Below are positions 9,301-20,442 of a DNA stretch of 64,000 bases, piece by piece. The position numbers and the translations under genes are program-made. Below the pieces are notes generated by a model. It ran no database searches. It had not been told where the DNA came from and was given only the letters and a program-made list of their open reading frames with translations. Every line of letters starts with the position of its first letter. Positions within the stretch are counted from its first letter, which is position 1. The stretch comes from an uncultured Rickettsiales bacterium (GTDB lineage Bacteria; Pseudomonadota; Alphaproteobacteria; Rickettsiales; UBA8987). Location of the stretch: NCBI GenBank assembly GCA_964445765.1, contig CAYULD010000002.1, positions 139,505 through 203,504 on the forward strand, given 5' to 3'.

Positions 9301-10635
9301 TTTTGAGAGTAACTCAACTAATTTATACATATTTGAGCTGTGAGAGCCTTTTATCAAAGCAATATCACCATCTTTTAGAAAATTATTAATATTGCTAAAA
9401 CATTCTTGATAATCCGCATAATGAAATAATTCTTTAACCTTTCCCTTAGATTTTTTATGGAGATTTTGCATTGCTTCACCACAAGTAATTAATACATCAA
9501 TATTTTCTAAATAATCTGAGAGAGATTCGTGATATTTTTTTGAATATTTACCAAGCTCTTTCATATCCCCTAGAATAGCAATTCTTCTATTGTAAGAATT
9601 TTTTCCTGACAGATTTTGAAGCGCTTTTTTCATACTCTCAGGGCTTGCATTATATGAATCATCAATAATAATCAGTTTAGATTTAAGCTGAATTTCTGCC
9701 CCCCTGCCCTTGACCGGCTTTAATTCTTTTAGAGATTCAATTGCATCTTCCAAATCAAGCCCAATATATGCAGAAATTGTAAGAACAAAGAGAATATTAT
9801 TTAATACAAAATCTTCGCATAAATTTTTTGGAATATTAACTATTTGATCAACAATATTAGCGGTGATAAAACCGTTTTCCTCCGCACATTCACAAGCGAT
9901 TTTGCCGAATGAAAACAGATTGCTAATGCCGTTTTCTTCGGCTATTTCAGTTAATAAATCAAAAAATTGATTATCAGCAGGTATAACCCCACAACCATCT
10001 GGAACTAAAAATTCTAAAATTTCTGCCTTGGCTTTTGCGATACCAATTAAACCCTCTGAAAAATTTTCTATGTGAGCCTCTGAAACCCAAGTAATTCCAG
10101 AGATATGAGGGTGAGCAATTCTACATAAATCTGAAATTTCACCCGCGTGATTCATACCCATTTCAAGCACTGCATATTGCGTATCTTCAGGCATATTAAC
10201 AATAGTTAGGGGCAAACCAATATGATTATTAAGATTACCTTGAGTAAAATGAACCCTGTAATATGAAGATAAAATTTTTGCTAGAAGCTCTTTAGCGGTA
10301 GTTTTGCCGACACTTCCAGTTATACCAATAAATTTTGCTTTTGAATTACGGCGTTTTTTATAAGCGAGCCTTTGCAGAGCTTTTAGGCCATCTTGCACCA
10401 AGATAGATTTTTCTAAATGAGCATAATTTTTATTATCAATAATAACTGCAACCGCACCTTTTGAAATTGCATCTTCCGCAAATTTATTGCCATCGTGAAT
10501 TTCACCTTTTAGGGCAAGATAAATATCACCTTTGTTAATATTTCTTGAATCAATAGAAATTTTGTTAGAGTTAAATTTGAATTTAACTTTAACTTCTGCA
10601 CCTAAATATTCCGCTATATTCTTTTCATTCCACAT
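9298..10635 (-). CDS. murF: UDP-N-acetylmuramoyl-tripeptide--D-alanyl-D-alanine ligase
   Basis: 445-aa ORF with FIGITGSVGKTTAKELL, LEMGMNHAGEI and IIDDSYNASPESM, which are MurF signatures. Confidence 0.92.
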   Translation of the reverse strand: MWNEKNIAEYLGAEVKVKFKFNSNKISIDSRNINKGDIYLALKGEIHDGNKFAEDAISKGAVAVIIDNKNYAHLEKSILVQDGLKALQRLAYKKRRNSKAKFIGITGSVGKTTAKELLAKILSSYYRVHFTQGNLNNHIGLPLTIVNMPEDTQYAVLEMGMNHAGEISDLCRIAHPHISGITWVSEAHIENFSEGLIGIAKAKAEILEFLVPDGCGVIPADNQFFDLLTEIAEENGISNLFSFGKIACECAEENGFITANIVDQIVNIPKNLCEDFVLNNILFVLTISAYIGLDLEDAIESLKELKPVKGRGAEIQLKSKLIIIDDSYNASPESMKKALQNLSGKNSYNRRIAILGDMKELGKYSKKYHESLSDYLENIDVLITCGEAMQNLHKKSKGKVKELFHYADYQECFSNINNFLKDGDIALIKGSHSSNMYKLVELLSK

Positions 10636-10712
10636 ATTTAATGTATATAATAATATCGTAAATTTATTTATTCTTTGAAATAATTTATATATCAGAGTAA
10701 ATAATTAATTTT

Positions 10713-10748
10713 GCCCTCACCCTAACCCTCACCCGAAGGAAGAGGGAA
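10713..10748. repeat. GC-rich hairpin repeat family B copy
   Basis: gccctcaccctaaccctcacccgaaggaagagggaa is about 80 percent identical to the copy inside valS (57075-57110). It lies in the murE-murF spacer, 3' of murE. Confidence 0.65.
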
Positions 10749-10792
10749 TAATAAAGTTAAAATTCTAATCCCAAACACCTAATACCTAATCC

Positions 10793-12256
10793 CTAAATAT
10801 ATTTTTTTACAATTTCACAATCACTAAAATAATATTTTTCTTTACCGATTATCTGATAATTTTCGTGGCCTTTGCCTGCAATAAGCAAGCAATCTGATGG
10901 TTTTAGCATCTCTAAACCTTTTTTTATAGCTTCCTCACGATTTGGAATTTCAATTGCATTTGGGCAAGCGGAAATAATTTCTGCACGAATATTTTGAGCA
11001 TTTTCAGTGCGTGGGTTATCATCTGTAATGATTGTAATATCTGAAAGCTCCGCCGAAATTTTACCCATTAATGGTCTTTTGGTTTTATCCCTATCACCAC
11101 CACAGCCAAAAATTGTTATTAGCCTACCGCTTGTTTGCAATTTACAAGAATTTATTGCTTTTTCTAGAGCATCTGGGGTATGTGCATAATCTATAACCGC
11201 CTTTGCATTGCGAGTAATAATTGGAATTAATTCCATTCTACCCTTAACTGATTTTATATTCTGTGATGCCTTACAAATTTCAGAAAAATTATAATTATTA
11301 TTAATCAATAACGCAATCGCACAAGCTAAATTATACGCTTGAAAACCCCCAATAAGATTGGTTTTTATAGTTTTAATAATTTCTTTATATTGCAATTCTA
11401 ATTCAATACCGGTTTCATTTAACAAAATATTTTTTATGGTTAAATCATTTGATTTTTTACCAAAAGAAAAGATTTTTTTATTATTTTGAGTGCAGATTTT
11501 TGAAATTTCTTCAAATTCATTTATATCAGAATTAACAACTGCAACGCCATTTTCAGATAAATGCTTAGTAAAAATAAGCATTTTAGCGGCAAAATATTCC
11601 GCCATTGTTTTGTGAAAATCAAGATGGTCTTGGGAAAAATTAGTAAAACCCGCAACTAAAAACTTAATAAAACCAAGCCTTTGAAGAAATAATCCGTGGC
11701 TTGAGGCTTCCATAATTATTTCATTTATATTTTTATCTTTTAAGTTTTTTAGATTTTCAAATAAGGTTAAAATATCTGGCGTTGTCATACCGCTATCAGA
11801 GGATATTTTTTCAAAATCACCATCTATTAAAGTTCCCAAAGTGCCAATTGAGGCAGATTTAACCCCCATTTTTGCTAGAATATTTGCAGAAAAATTAGCA
11901 ACTGAAGTTTTGCCGTTTGTGCCAGTAACACCATAAATATTCTGCGGAATTTTATCTTTATAAAAAACTTCAACCGCACGATAAATAAATTTATTTATAT
12001 CATCAATTTTGATGAATGAGGTTTCTTTATATTTTGCATCAATAATATAATTATGGCTTACAATGATAGCTTTTGCACCTTTTTCAATGGCATCTGGGAT
12101 AAAATCTTCACCATTAAAATTTTGCCCTTTTAGTGCAAAAAATATTGAGTTATCAATAATTTTACGAGAATCAGAAATTAGTGCAGAAATTTCAAAATCT
12201 TTCTTAAAAAGAATTTGTGCATCATCTATAGCATATGTAAATTGAGAAAATTTCAC
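10793..12256 (-). CDS. murE: UDP-N-acetylmuramoyl-L-alanyl-D-glutamate--2,6-diaminopimelate ligase
   Basis: 487-aa ORF with GVTGTNGKTSVANF, EASSHGL, DYAHTPDALEKA and the DNPR motif (TDDNPRTE) diagnostic of DAP-adding MurE. Confidence 0.92.
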   Translation of the reverse strand: MKFSQFTYAIDDAQILFKKDFEISALISDSRKIIDNSIFFALKGQNFNGEDFIPDAIEKGAKAIIVSHNYIIDAKYKETSFIKIDDINKFIYRAVEVFYKDKIPQNIYGVTGTNGKTSVANFSANILAKMGVKSASIGTLGTLIDGDFEKISSDSGMTTPDILTLFENLKNLKDKNINEIIMEASSHGLFLQRLGFIKFLVAGFTNFSQDHLDFHKTMAEYFAAKMLIFTKHLSENGVAVVNSDINEFEEISKICTQNNKKIFSFGKKSNDLTIKNILLNETGIELELQYKEIIKTIKTNLIGGFQAYNLACAIALLINNNYNFSEICKASQNIKSVKGRMELIPIITRNAKAVIDYAHTPDALEKAINSCKLQTSGRLITIFGCGGDRDKTKRPLMGKISAELSDITIITDDNPRTENAQNIRAEIISACPNAIEIPNREEAIKKGLEMLKPSDCLLIAGKGHENYQIIGKEKYYFSDCEIVKKYI

Positions 12257-12310
12257 TTATTAGACTTATTATAGCTATATATTATTTCTAAAAAATTATT
12301 CTTAAAATTT

Positions 12311-12351
12311 ACCCTCACCCCTGCCCTCTCACTACAATTAGATAGAGGGGG
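12311..12351. repeat. GC-rich hairpin repeat family B copy
   Basis: accctcacccctgccctctc-actacaattagata-gaggggg, immediately 3' of the pth stop. Confidence 0.6.
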
Positions 12352-12353
12352 TT

Positions 12354-12914
12354 TTAATTAATTTCAGAATATTTTGTTAAAAACAAACCATCTTTATTAT
12401 CTAAAATCAATGGAAATAATTTTGAAATTATTTTCAATTTATCATCAATAATTTTTTGCTCATCATTGGTAAATTTACTCAAAACATAATCGTGAACTTG
12501 GGCTTTTAGCAAAGGTTTACCAATTCCAAAACGAAGCCTTTTGTAGCCATCACCTGCTAGATTATCTATTGATTTCAAACCATTATGACCACCGCTGCCC
12601 CCCGCAATTTTAATTTTAATTTTTGCAAATTCTAAATCTAAATCATCGTGAATTACAATTACTTTTGAAATATGCTCTTTATAAAAATTGCATATTTCTT
12701 GCACTGCCACACCGCTATTATTCATATAGGTTTGGGGCAGAATAATTTTTACATTCTTATTCTCAATTAACCCTTGCGTGAAAAGACTATGGAATTTTTT
12801 AGTAAAACCCGGCAAATTATAATCACTTATAATCTGCTGGCAGATTTCAAACCCAATATTATGTCTGGTTTGATGGTATTTTTCTCCAAGATTTCCAAGC
12901 CCTACAATTATCAT
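12354..12914 (-). CDS. pth: peptidyl-tRNA hydrolase
   Basis: 186-aa ORF with MIIVGLGNLGEKYHQTRHNIGF, YMNNSG and GGSGGHNGLKSI, the Pth signatures. Confidence 0.93.
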   Translation of the reverse strand: MIIVGLGNLGEKYHQTRHNIGFEICQQIISDYNLPGFTKKFHSLFTQGLIENKNVKIILPQTYMNNSGVAVQEICNFYKEHISKVIVIHDDLDLEFAKIKIKIAGGSGGHNGLKSIDNLAGDGYKRLRFGIGKPLLKAQVHDYVLSKFTNDEQKIIDDKLKIISKLFPLILDNKDGLFLTKYSEIN

Positions 12915-13040
12915 TGTTCAAAATTTATATTCATTTTGCTATAGCTTTAATATAATTTTTTAACTTTAGGAATATTCTTAACTTGATTTGTTTTTGCATA
13001 TGCCTATAGTTGCATATATACAACAATAATTGGTGGTTAT

Positions 13041-14897
13041 ATGAATGATAGATTGGTAAATGCTTGGGCTAATATGGGCATAAATAGCACAATAACAAGG
13101 GAGCAAGCAGAAGAATTAGCACAAAACCCTACGCCAAAAAATATTGAGAGAATCCAAAGATACTACTTAAATCAAGTTAAACCTAAAGAAGCTCCCAAAA
13201 AAGCAGTTTTTGCTGATCCAAATGATGAATTTTTAGCAGGTAGCCCAGCTAATTTAGGTATTGGAAATCCTAATGTTAATCCTCATCCAGTTGTTATTCA
13301 GGCTATATCTGATAGGCTTGATGATTCACAAAAATATGTCGCACCCTTAGGAAGCGATAACACTAGGAAAGTTGTAGCTGAATATTTTAACAGCGTTTAT
13401 GGTTTTAGTGATAGTAATATTCACCCTGACTATCACGAAGGTGAGAAGCCAGAAGGTTTTACTAAAGATGATGCCTTCGTAACCAGAAATAGCACCAATA
13501 TTTTTGATATTGTTCTTGCAGAAGGCAAAGAGAGATTTGAAAAATTAAAAGCTGAAAAAATTGCCGAATTAGAAAAAAATATTAAAAGCAATCCTCAATC
13601 CAAAAAAGAATTAGAAAATGAATTAAAACAATGGCAAAAAGCAAAGCCAATTGTTGCATCTATTGGGTTAATTTATAATGCCACAAAATCAAATGCAGAA
13701 AGAAAAGGTTATGTAGTTAAATCATTTTTAGGTAGTAGTGAAGAGGGCAATTTACCCAGTAAAGATGAGCTTAATGCTCAATATGAAGTATTAACGCCCT
13801 TTGAAAGGGAGTGTATTGTGGTTTTAATTCCACCAACTCATAATCCTAATTCTTTAGTTACTCCAGATGATAAAATCAAAGATTATGCCGAATTTGTAAA
13901 TAAAGTTGATGCGGAACAAAATAAAACTAAATTTCGCTTAAGAACATTTCTTGATTTACCATATACTTTAATTTCAGCATTACCTGAAACTAGTATGGTT
14001 AAATATTTATCTGAAAAAGTAAAATCAACCCTTGTAATTGCTGATTCTTTATCAAAAAAAGGTGGGCTTCCTTCAGATGGTGCAGCTGGTGCTTCAAAAG
14101 ATGAAGGATTTATTCAATATGTTGGAGCTAAAATTCTAGATAGCAATTTGTCAGTTGGCAATTTAGCGGACGCAGCAGTTGGAGCATTTTTTGCACATTT
14201 AACCAATGTTTATGCCAATGTTTTTGAAAATTTCCGAACTAAGTTGGTGAATAAAAATATTGTAAAATTATGGTGTAGCACAGGAATAAATAAACCCGAC
14301 CCAAATTTATTATCTCAAGATCAATTAGTTGAAGCCCATCAGCAATTACCAACTATGGAAACTGCTGAAAAATATGGCTTAAACCAAAAATATTTAGGCA
14401 ATTTGTTATCAGCGGTTTGCAAAGAATTGGGGCTTGATCAAAAAGTTATAAAAACTGGCCATAATATTGGTATGTATGTTAATTTCTTCCTAACGGAATT
14501 AAAAGATAGAGAGCTTTCAGATGCAAAAGTTTTATATGACGGCCTTTTAAGTTTCAAAAATGTTTTAGGAAAAGATAAAATTGAAACAGGTGCTGATTTA
14601 CAAAAAGCTCTTGAGCATTGCGTTGGGCTTGAAAATTGTGGGCCTATAACTTGTCGTGCTTTAGAAATGTTCAATGGAAGAGCAGAAGATGTTGGCGTAA
14701 GGTTTTGTCATACTAACCCTAATCAATTAAATGAGCTTGGTGTAAAATATATCGCTAAAATGCTATCAGCTGCATATAATTTACCAGAAATTCCAGAAGA
14801 AAAATTTGCAGAGTTATCAACCAAAGCGATGAAAAGAGCTATTAATTATAATGACTATTCTTTTAGACATTACATAACAAGCGGAAGAGCAACATAA
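13041..14897 (+). CDS. orphan 618-aa protein with a diverged PLP fold-type-I (class I/II aminotransferase-like) core plus insertions and a C-terminal extension
   Basis: Motifs appear in the canonical order: LGIGNPNVNPHP..., Y.APLGSDNTRKVVAEYF, AFVTRNSTN, IPPTHNPNSLV (compare NPxNPTG), LDLPYT (compare DxAY) and SLSKKGGLPSDGAAGA (compare SxSKxxGxxGxRxG, with the Lys kept and the Arg lost). A coiled-coil insert spans residues about 165-200. Confidence 0.5.
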   Translation: MNDRLVNAWANMGINSTITREQAEELAQNPTPKNIERIQRYYLNQVKPKEAPKKAVFADPNDEFLAGSPANLGIGNPNVNPHPVVIQAISDRLDDSQKYVAPLGSDNTRKVVAEYFNSVYGFSDSNIHPDYHEGEKPEGFTKDDAFVTRNSTNIFDIVLAEGKERFEKLKAEKIAELEKNIKSNPQSKKELENELKQWQKAKPIVASIGLIYNATKSNAERKGYVVKSFLGSSEEGNLPSKDELNAQYEVLTPFERECIVVLIPPTHNPNSLVTPDDKIKDYAEFVNKVDAEQNKTKFRLRTFLDLPYTLISALPETSMVKYLSEKVKSTLVIADSLSKKGGLPSDGAAGASKDEGFIQYVGAKILDSNLSVGNLADAAVGAFFAHLTNVYANVFENFRTKLVNKNIVKLWCSTGINKPDPNLLSQDQLVEAHQQLPTMETAEKYGLNQKYLGNLLSAVCKELGLDQKVIKTGHNIGMYVNFFLTELKDRELSDAKVLYDGLLSFKNVLGKDKIETGADLQKALEHCVGLENCGPITCRALEMFNGRAEDVGVRFCHTNPNQLNELGVKYIAKMLSAAYNLPEIPEEKFAELSTKAMKRAINYNDYSFRHYITSGRAT

Positions 14898-15001
14898 GAA
14901 TCTACACAAAAGGCTTAAACATCTTATCAAGATGTAATGTTGTTTTATCCATTACTGAATGCTATAAATCTTAGACGGTGAAAATCTTATAGCAAATAAC
15001 T

Positions 15002-15840
15002 ATGGAAAAAGAAATCAACAATTTGATAGTTTTTAAGGGTAAAAATATCCGCAGAACTTTACATAATAATGAATGGTTTTTTTCAGTTATTGATGTAGTG
15101 GAAGTTTTAACTGATAGCCAAAATGCAAATCGCTATTGGTCTGACTTAAAAATAAAACTCTCTGAGAATGAGGGTTTTGATGAGTTATACGATAATATCG
15201 TAAGACTGAAACTATTAGCCTCAGATAGTAAAAGTTACGCAACTGATTGTGCAAATACTGAAACTATGTTTCGTATTATTCAGTCTATACCATCACCAAA
15301 GGCTGAGCCTTTCAAGAAATGGCTTGCAAAAGTTGGCTATGAAAGAGTGCAAGAAATTGAAAACCCTGAACTTGCAACCAAAAGAACTAGAGACATTTAC
15401 AAAGCCAAAGGCTATTCAGATGACTGGATAGAAAAAAGAATGCGAGGCATTGCAATCCGTGAAGAATTAACCGACGAATGGCAAAAAAGAGGCGTTAAAC
15501 AAAACAAAGAATTTGAAATCTTAACCGCTGAAATAAGCGAAGCAACTTTTGGTATGAAGCCAAGCGAATATAAAAAATTCAAAGGCCTAAAGCGTGAAAA
15601 TCTGCGAGACCATATGACAGATTTAGAGTTAATTTTCTCAATGCTTGGTGAGGCTTCAACCACTGAAATTGCTAGAAATAAGACGCTCAAGGCTTTGTAG
15701 AAAACAAAAAAGCTGCCAAGGTGGGTGGTAAAATTGCAGGTGATGCAAGAAAAAAACTTGAAATTGAAAGTGGTAGAAAAGTTGTAACAAATAGCAATTA
15801 TATTACTGATAAACAAAGGAATAAAACTATCAAAAACTAA
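15002..15840 (+). pseudogene. Bro-N/DinD-like (phage antirepressor-type) gene, frameshifted near 15680
   Basis: ORF 15002-15700 has a Bro-N-like N-terminus (FKGKNIRRTLHNNEWFFSVIDVVEVLT). The conserved C-terminal continuation (DAQGFVENKKAAKVGGKIAGDARKKLEIESGRKVVTNSNY...) reads on in a different frame from about 15682 to the stop at 15838-15840. Confidence 0.65.
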
Positions 15841-15864
15841 TCCAAGATTATCTAGTTTTTTTAT

Positions 15865-15939
15865 TGGCTGGGGTACTAGGATTCGAACCTAGGGATGTCG
15901 GTACCAAAAACCGATGCCTTACCGCTTGGCTATACCCCA
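15865..15939 (-). tRNA. tRNA-Gln (anticodon UUG), CCA encoded
   Basis: The reverse complement is UGGGGUAUAGCCAAGCGGUAAGGCAUCGGUUUUUGGUACCGACAUCCCUAGGUUCGAAUCCUAGUACCCCAGCCA. It is 75 nt, folds as a cloverleaf, is near-identical in layout to E. coli tRNA-Gln, and has the anticodon loop UUUUGGU. Confidence 0.93.
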
Positions 15940-16133
15940 ATATCATAATCGGATTTTAGCCTTATAATAAATTTATTTTTACTTTCAAGCCTCAAATTAG
16001 CCAAAAAACCGCAAATAAATTTTATATAGCTATTAGTGGTGCTTTCAAAAAATAAATTACTTGATAAGAAAAGCTATTCATTATATCAAACAAAATCAAA
16101 ATAATGGCTTTAATTAGCAATTATTATCCATAA

Positions 16134-17426
<1,293 letters not shown>

Positions 17427-17428
17427 TT

Positions 17429-19498
17429 TTACATCCTGCTAAGAATTGCAGTTTGTTCAAATGTTGTAACTATTAAAGCTGATAGTTTAAGGCGGTTTTC
17501 TCTAATTTTCTTATCAGAAGAATTTATTTGCGTGTTATCATAAAAATTATTTATGTAACCGGTTATATCGCATAAATTCTTTAATGCCTCTGCAAATTTA
17601 TTATGCTTAATTAAACTTTGATTTTTATCTGAAACATCAGATAATATTTCATATAAAAATTTTTCTGAGCCTTCACTTAAAATAGATTTTGAAGGTTTTG
17701 GGGGGTATGAAATTTTATCCTTTTTTTCTTCAATAGAAAGAATATTTTTTGCACGCTTAAAGGCTTCAATGGCTGCAATACCATCACTTGTTTCAGAATA
17801 TTGAGTAAAGATTATAATCTTCTGCTTGATATCAAAAATATTAAATTCATCAAAATTAGAAACAACCACTGGAATAAACTCCGCCTTAAAACCTTCAGCT
17901 TTTAAGTAAAATTTAAGCCTATCTAATAGAAAATTGAAAATTTCTTCATTAAGCTCATCTTTATTAATTTCTTTAAGGGAAGAAGAAGGCAATAATTTTA
18001 TTGCTCGCTTAAAATATGGTATCAAATCAAATGAAAGTTTATTTTCTAGGATAATTCTAATAATTCCAAGTGCAAGCCTTCTAAGTGCGAATGGATCTTT
18101 TGAGCCTGTAGCTCTCTCACCTGCAACAAATAGAGAAATTAAAGTTTCAACTTTATCAGATAATGAAATAATCGCAGAAAGGGAATTTCTTGGCACATTA
18201 TCATTAGGGCCTTGAGGTTTATATTGGTCTCTTATAGCCTCTGCAATTTCTTTATGCTCCCCATTTGCAAGGGCGTAATAATAGCCCATTAAGCCTTGCA
18301 ACTCTGGAAATTCACCCACCATACCACTAGCTAAATCTGCTTTTGCTAGATAAGCAGTTTGGCTTGCAATATCTTTCTTATCTGGTGCTAATTCTTTGGC
18401 TAATTCATAGGCTATTTTAGAAATTCTTTCTACCTTTTCGCCCATCGTGCCGATTTTATTATGAAAAATTATTCCATCAAGTTTAGTTACAAAATGCTTC
18501 AAGCCCTTTTCTTTATCACTACGATGGAAAAACTCAGCATCAGAAAGCCTAGCACGCACAACTTTTTCATTCCCCTCTATAATTTTTATACCGCCATCTT
18601 TAGTTTTATTGTTTGATACTATTATAAAATAAGGTGATAAATTGCCTTCTTTATCTCTGAAATTAAAATATTTTTGATTGGTTTTTATAGTGGTAATTAG
18701 AACTTCTGGCGGAAGAGCCATAAATTTATTTTCAATAGAGCCTAACAAACAAATTGGATATTCAATAAGCCCAGTAACTTCATTCAGCAAATGCTCATCT
18801 TGAATTAAAACAAGGTTATTATCATTTGCAATTTTTTCTAAATTTTCTGCAATATATTTTTTTCTTTTTTGGTGATCAGCAATTACAAATCTTTTTTCAA
18901 GCTCAGAGATAAATTGATCAAAATTTTCAATTTTGAATTGCTCAGGTGCTAAAAATCTATGGCCATAACTAAGATTATTTGCTTCTAAATGCCCAAATTT
19001 TATGGGCAGAATATCACCGCCAAATAAACAAGCAATATTGCGGATAGGCCTAACCCAGCGAATTTTATTTTCACCCCAACGCATTGATTTTTGCCAGTGA
19101 AAATTTTGCAAAATATCTTCAAGAATTTCTTTGAGAATTTCCTTTGTTTGCTTACCTTTACTGCGGATAATCGCAAAATAAAAATCACCTTTTGGGGAAG
19201 ATTTTATAGTTAATTTATCTTTAGATAAGCCCGTTGACCTTAAAAAACCTTGAATTGCATCTTCACTAGCATCAGTGCGGGGGCCCTTTCTTTCAGATAC
19301 AGAATCTTCTTGTGTAAGTGATAAGCCATCAGCGAATAAAATTAATCTTCTAGGGGTTACAAAAGTTTTTGAATGTTGAAAGAAAATATTCTGTGCTTTT
19401 AACTTTTCTTCAAAAGAATTATGCAATGCTTCAGCCGCTTGAAACTGCATTCTTGCTGGAATTTCCTCAGAAAATATTTCTAAAATTAGCTGTGCCAT
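17429..19498 (-). CDS. glyS: glycine--tRNA ligase beta subunit
   Basis: 689-aa ORF with LILEIFSEEIPARMQ, TPRRLILF and DPFALRRLALGIIRI, typical of GlyS. Confidence 0.92.
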   Translation of the reverse strand: MAQLILEIFSEEIPARMQFQAAEALHNSFEEKLKAQNIFFQHSKTFVTPRRLILFADGLSLTQEDSVSERKGPRTDASEDAIQGFLRSTGLSKDKLTIKSSPKGDFYFAIIRSKGKQTKEILKEILEDILQNFHWQKSMRWGENKIRWVRPIRNIACLFGGDILPIKFGHLEANNLSYGHRFLAPEQFKIENFDQFISELEKRFVIADHQKRKKYIAENLEKIANDNNLVLIQDEHLLNEVTGLIEYPICLLGSIENKFMALPPEVLITTIKTNQKYFNFRDKEGNLSPYFIIVSNNKTKDGGIKIIEGNEKVVRARLSDAEFFHRSDKEKGLKHFVTKLDGIIFHNKIGTMGEKVERISKIAYELAKELAPDKKDIASQTAYLAKADLASGMVGEFPELQGLMGYYYALANGEHKEIAEAIRDQYKPQGPNDNVPRNSLSAIISLSDKVETLISLFVAGERATGSKDPFALRRLALGIIRIILENKLSFDLIPYFKRAIKLLPSSSLKEINKDELNEEIFNFLLDRLKFYLKAEGFKAEFIPVVVSNFDEFNIFDIKQKIIIFTQYSETSDGIAAIEAFKRAKNILSIEEKKDKISYPPKPSKSILSEGSEKFLYEILSDVSDKNQSLIKHNKFAEALKNLCDITGYINNFYDNTQINSSDKKIRENRLKLSALIVTTFEQTAILSRM

Positions 19499-19512
19499 TT
19501 TTTAATTAAAAT

Positions 19513-19881
19513 CTAACTTTTTCTTTTTACTTTATTCTTTTCATCAACCAATACAACATTTGGTTTATGTTTAGAAATTTGCAAGCTATCAATGCCACAA
19601 TATGCACAAATTATTATTAAATCGCCAATATTGGCTTTATGTGCCGCTGAGCCACGAATTGAAATAATACCACTGCCTTCTGCCTCTGGGATTGCATATG
19701 TTGTAAGGCGTTCACCATTGGTAATATTATATACATCAACTTGCTCCCAGTGGTGAATACCAACTTCTCTCATTAAACCTTCATCTATGCCTATTGAGCC
19801 TTCATAATGTAAGTTGCAATCAGTAACAGTTGCCCTGTGAATTTTAGATTTAAGAAAATTAACAATCATTGAAAAAGCCAT
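19513..19881 (-). CDS. panD: aspartate 1-decarboxylase (pyruvoyl-dependent)
   Basis: 122-aa ORF with LKSKIHRATVTDCNLHYEGSIGID (self-processing G-S site) and YAIPEAEGSGIISIRGSAAH. Confidence 0.9.
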   Translation of the reverse strand: MAFSMIVNFLKSKIHRATVTDCNLHYEGSIGIDEGLMREVGIHHWEQVDVYNITNGERLTTYAIPEAEGSGIISIRGSAAHKANIGDLIIICAYCGIDSLQISKHKPNVVLVDEKNKVKRKS

Positions 19882-19946
19882 TCATATTCAAAGCAGGCTT
19901 TTAATGGTAAATAGAAAATTATTCAAATGGAAAATTCAGCAGAAAA

Positions 19947-20315
19947 TTATACAAATAAATCAACTAAACTTGAATTACTTGATGCAAAGGGAGTTTTGGC
20001 AAGCAAACTAAGTGCGGGATCAGCATCTGAAAATGAATCTTGACCATTAAGAAGAGTTTTTATTGCCTCAACACTTGCGAGTAATTTTTCAGATTCTTTA
20101 CCGCTAATATTTTCTTTTATATAATTTCTTAAATTGTCTAATGTTTCGTTTTGCCTTGATTGAGCAGGGCTTATGGCCTCAGATTTTATAAATGAATTGG
20201 AAATGGCACTATAAATTGATTGCGAGCCAGTTATCGCATCATAAACGCTTGCTTTGCTGGCACTAGAAACACCACCTCCTAGCAAAAGCGCTGTTTGACT
20301 TGAATTAATATTCAT
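19947..20315 (-). CDS. hypothetical protein (Ser/Ala-rich, no recognised family)
   Basis: 122-aa ORF in its own intergenic slot with no competing ORF. Its composition is consistent with neighbouring genes. Confidence 0.4.
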   Translation of the reverse strand: MNINSSQTALLLGGGVSSASKASVYDAITGSQSIYSAISNSFIKSEAISPAQSRQNETLDNLRNYIKENISGKESEKLLASVEAIKTLLNGQDSFSDADPALSLLAKTPFASSNSSLVDLFV

Positions 20316-20442
20316 AAGTTATTCATTTACACAAGGTTAATCTAGCATAAATTTTGCAATTTTTATAGCAAAAACCTATAATACTTGAAGTTTTCTAAAA
20401 AATTGTTACTAAAGCATCATAGAAATCTAAAATTTTAGTTAA

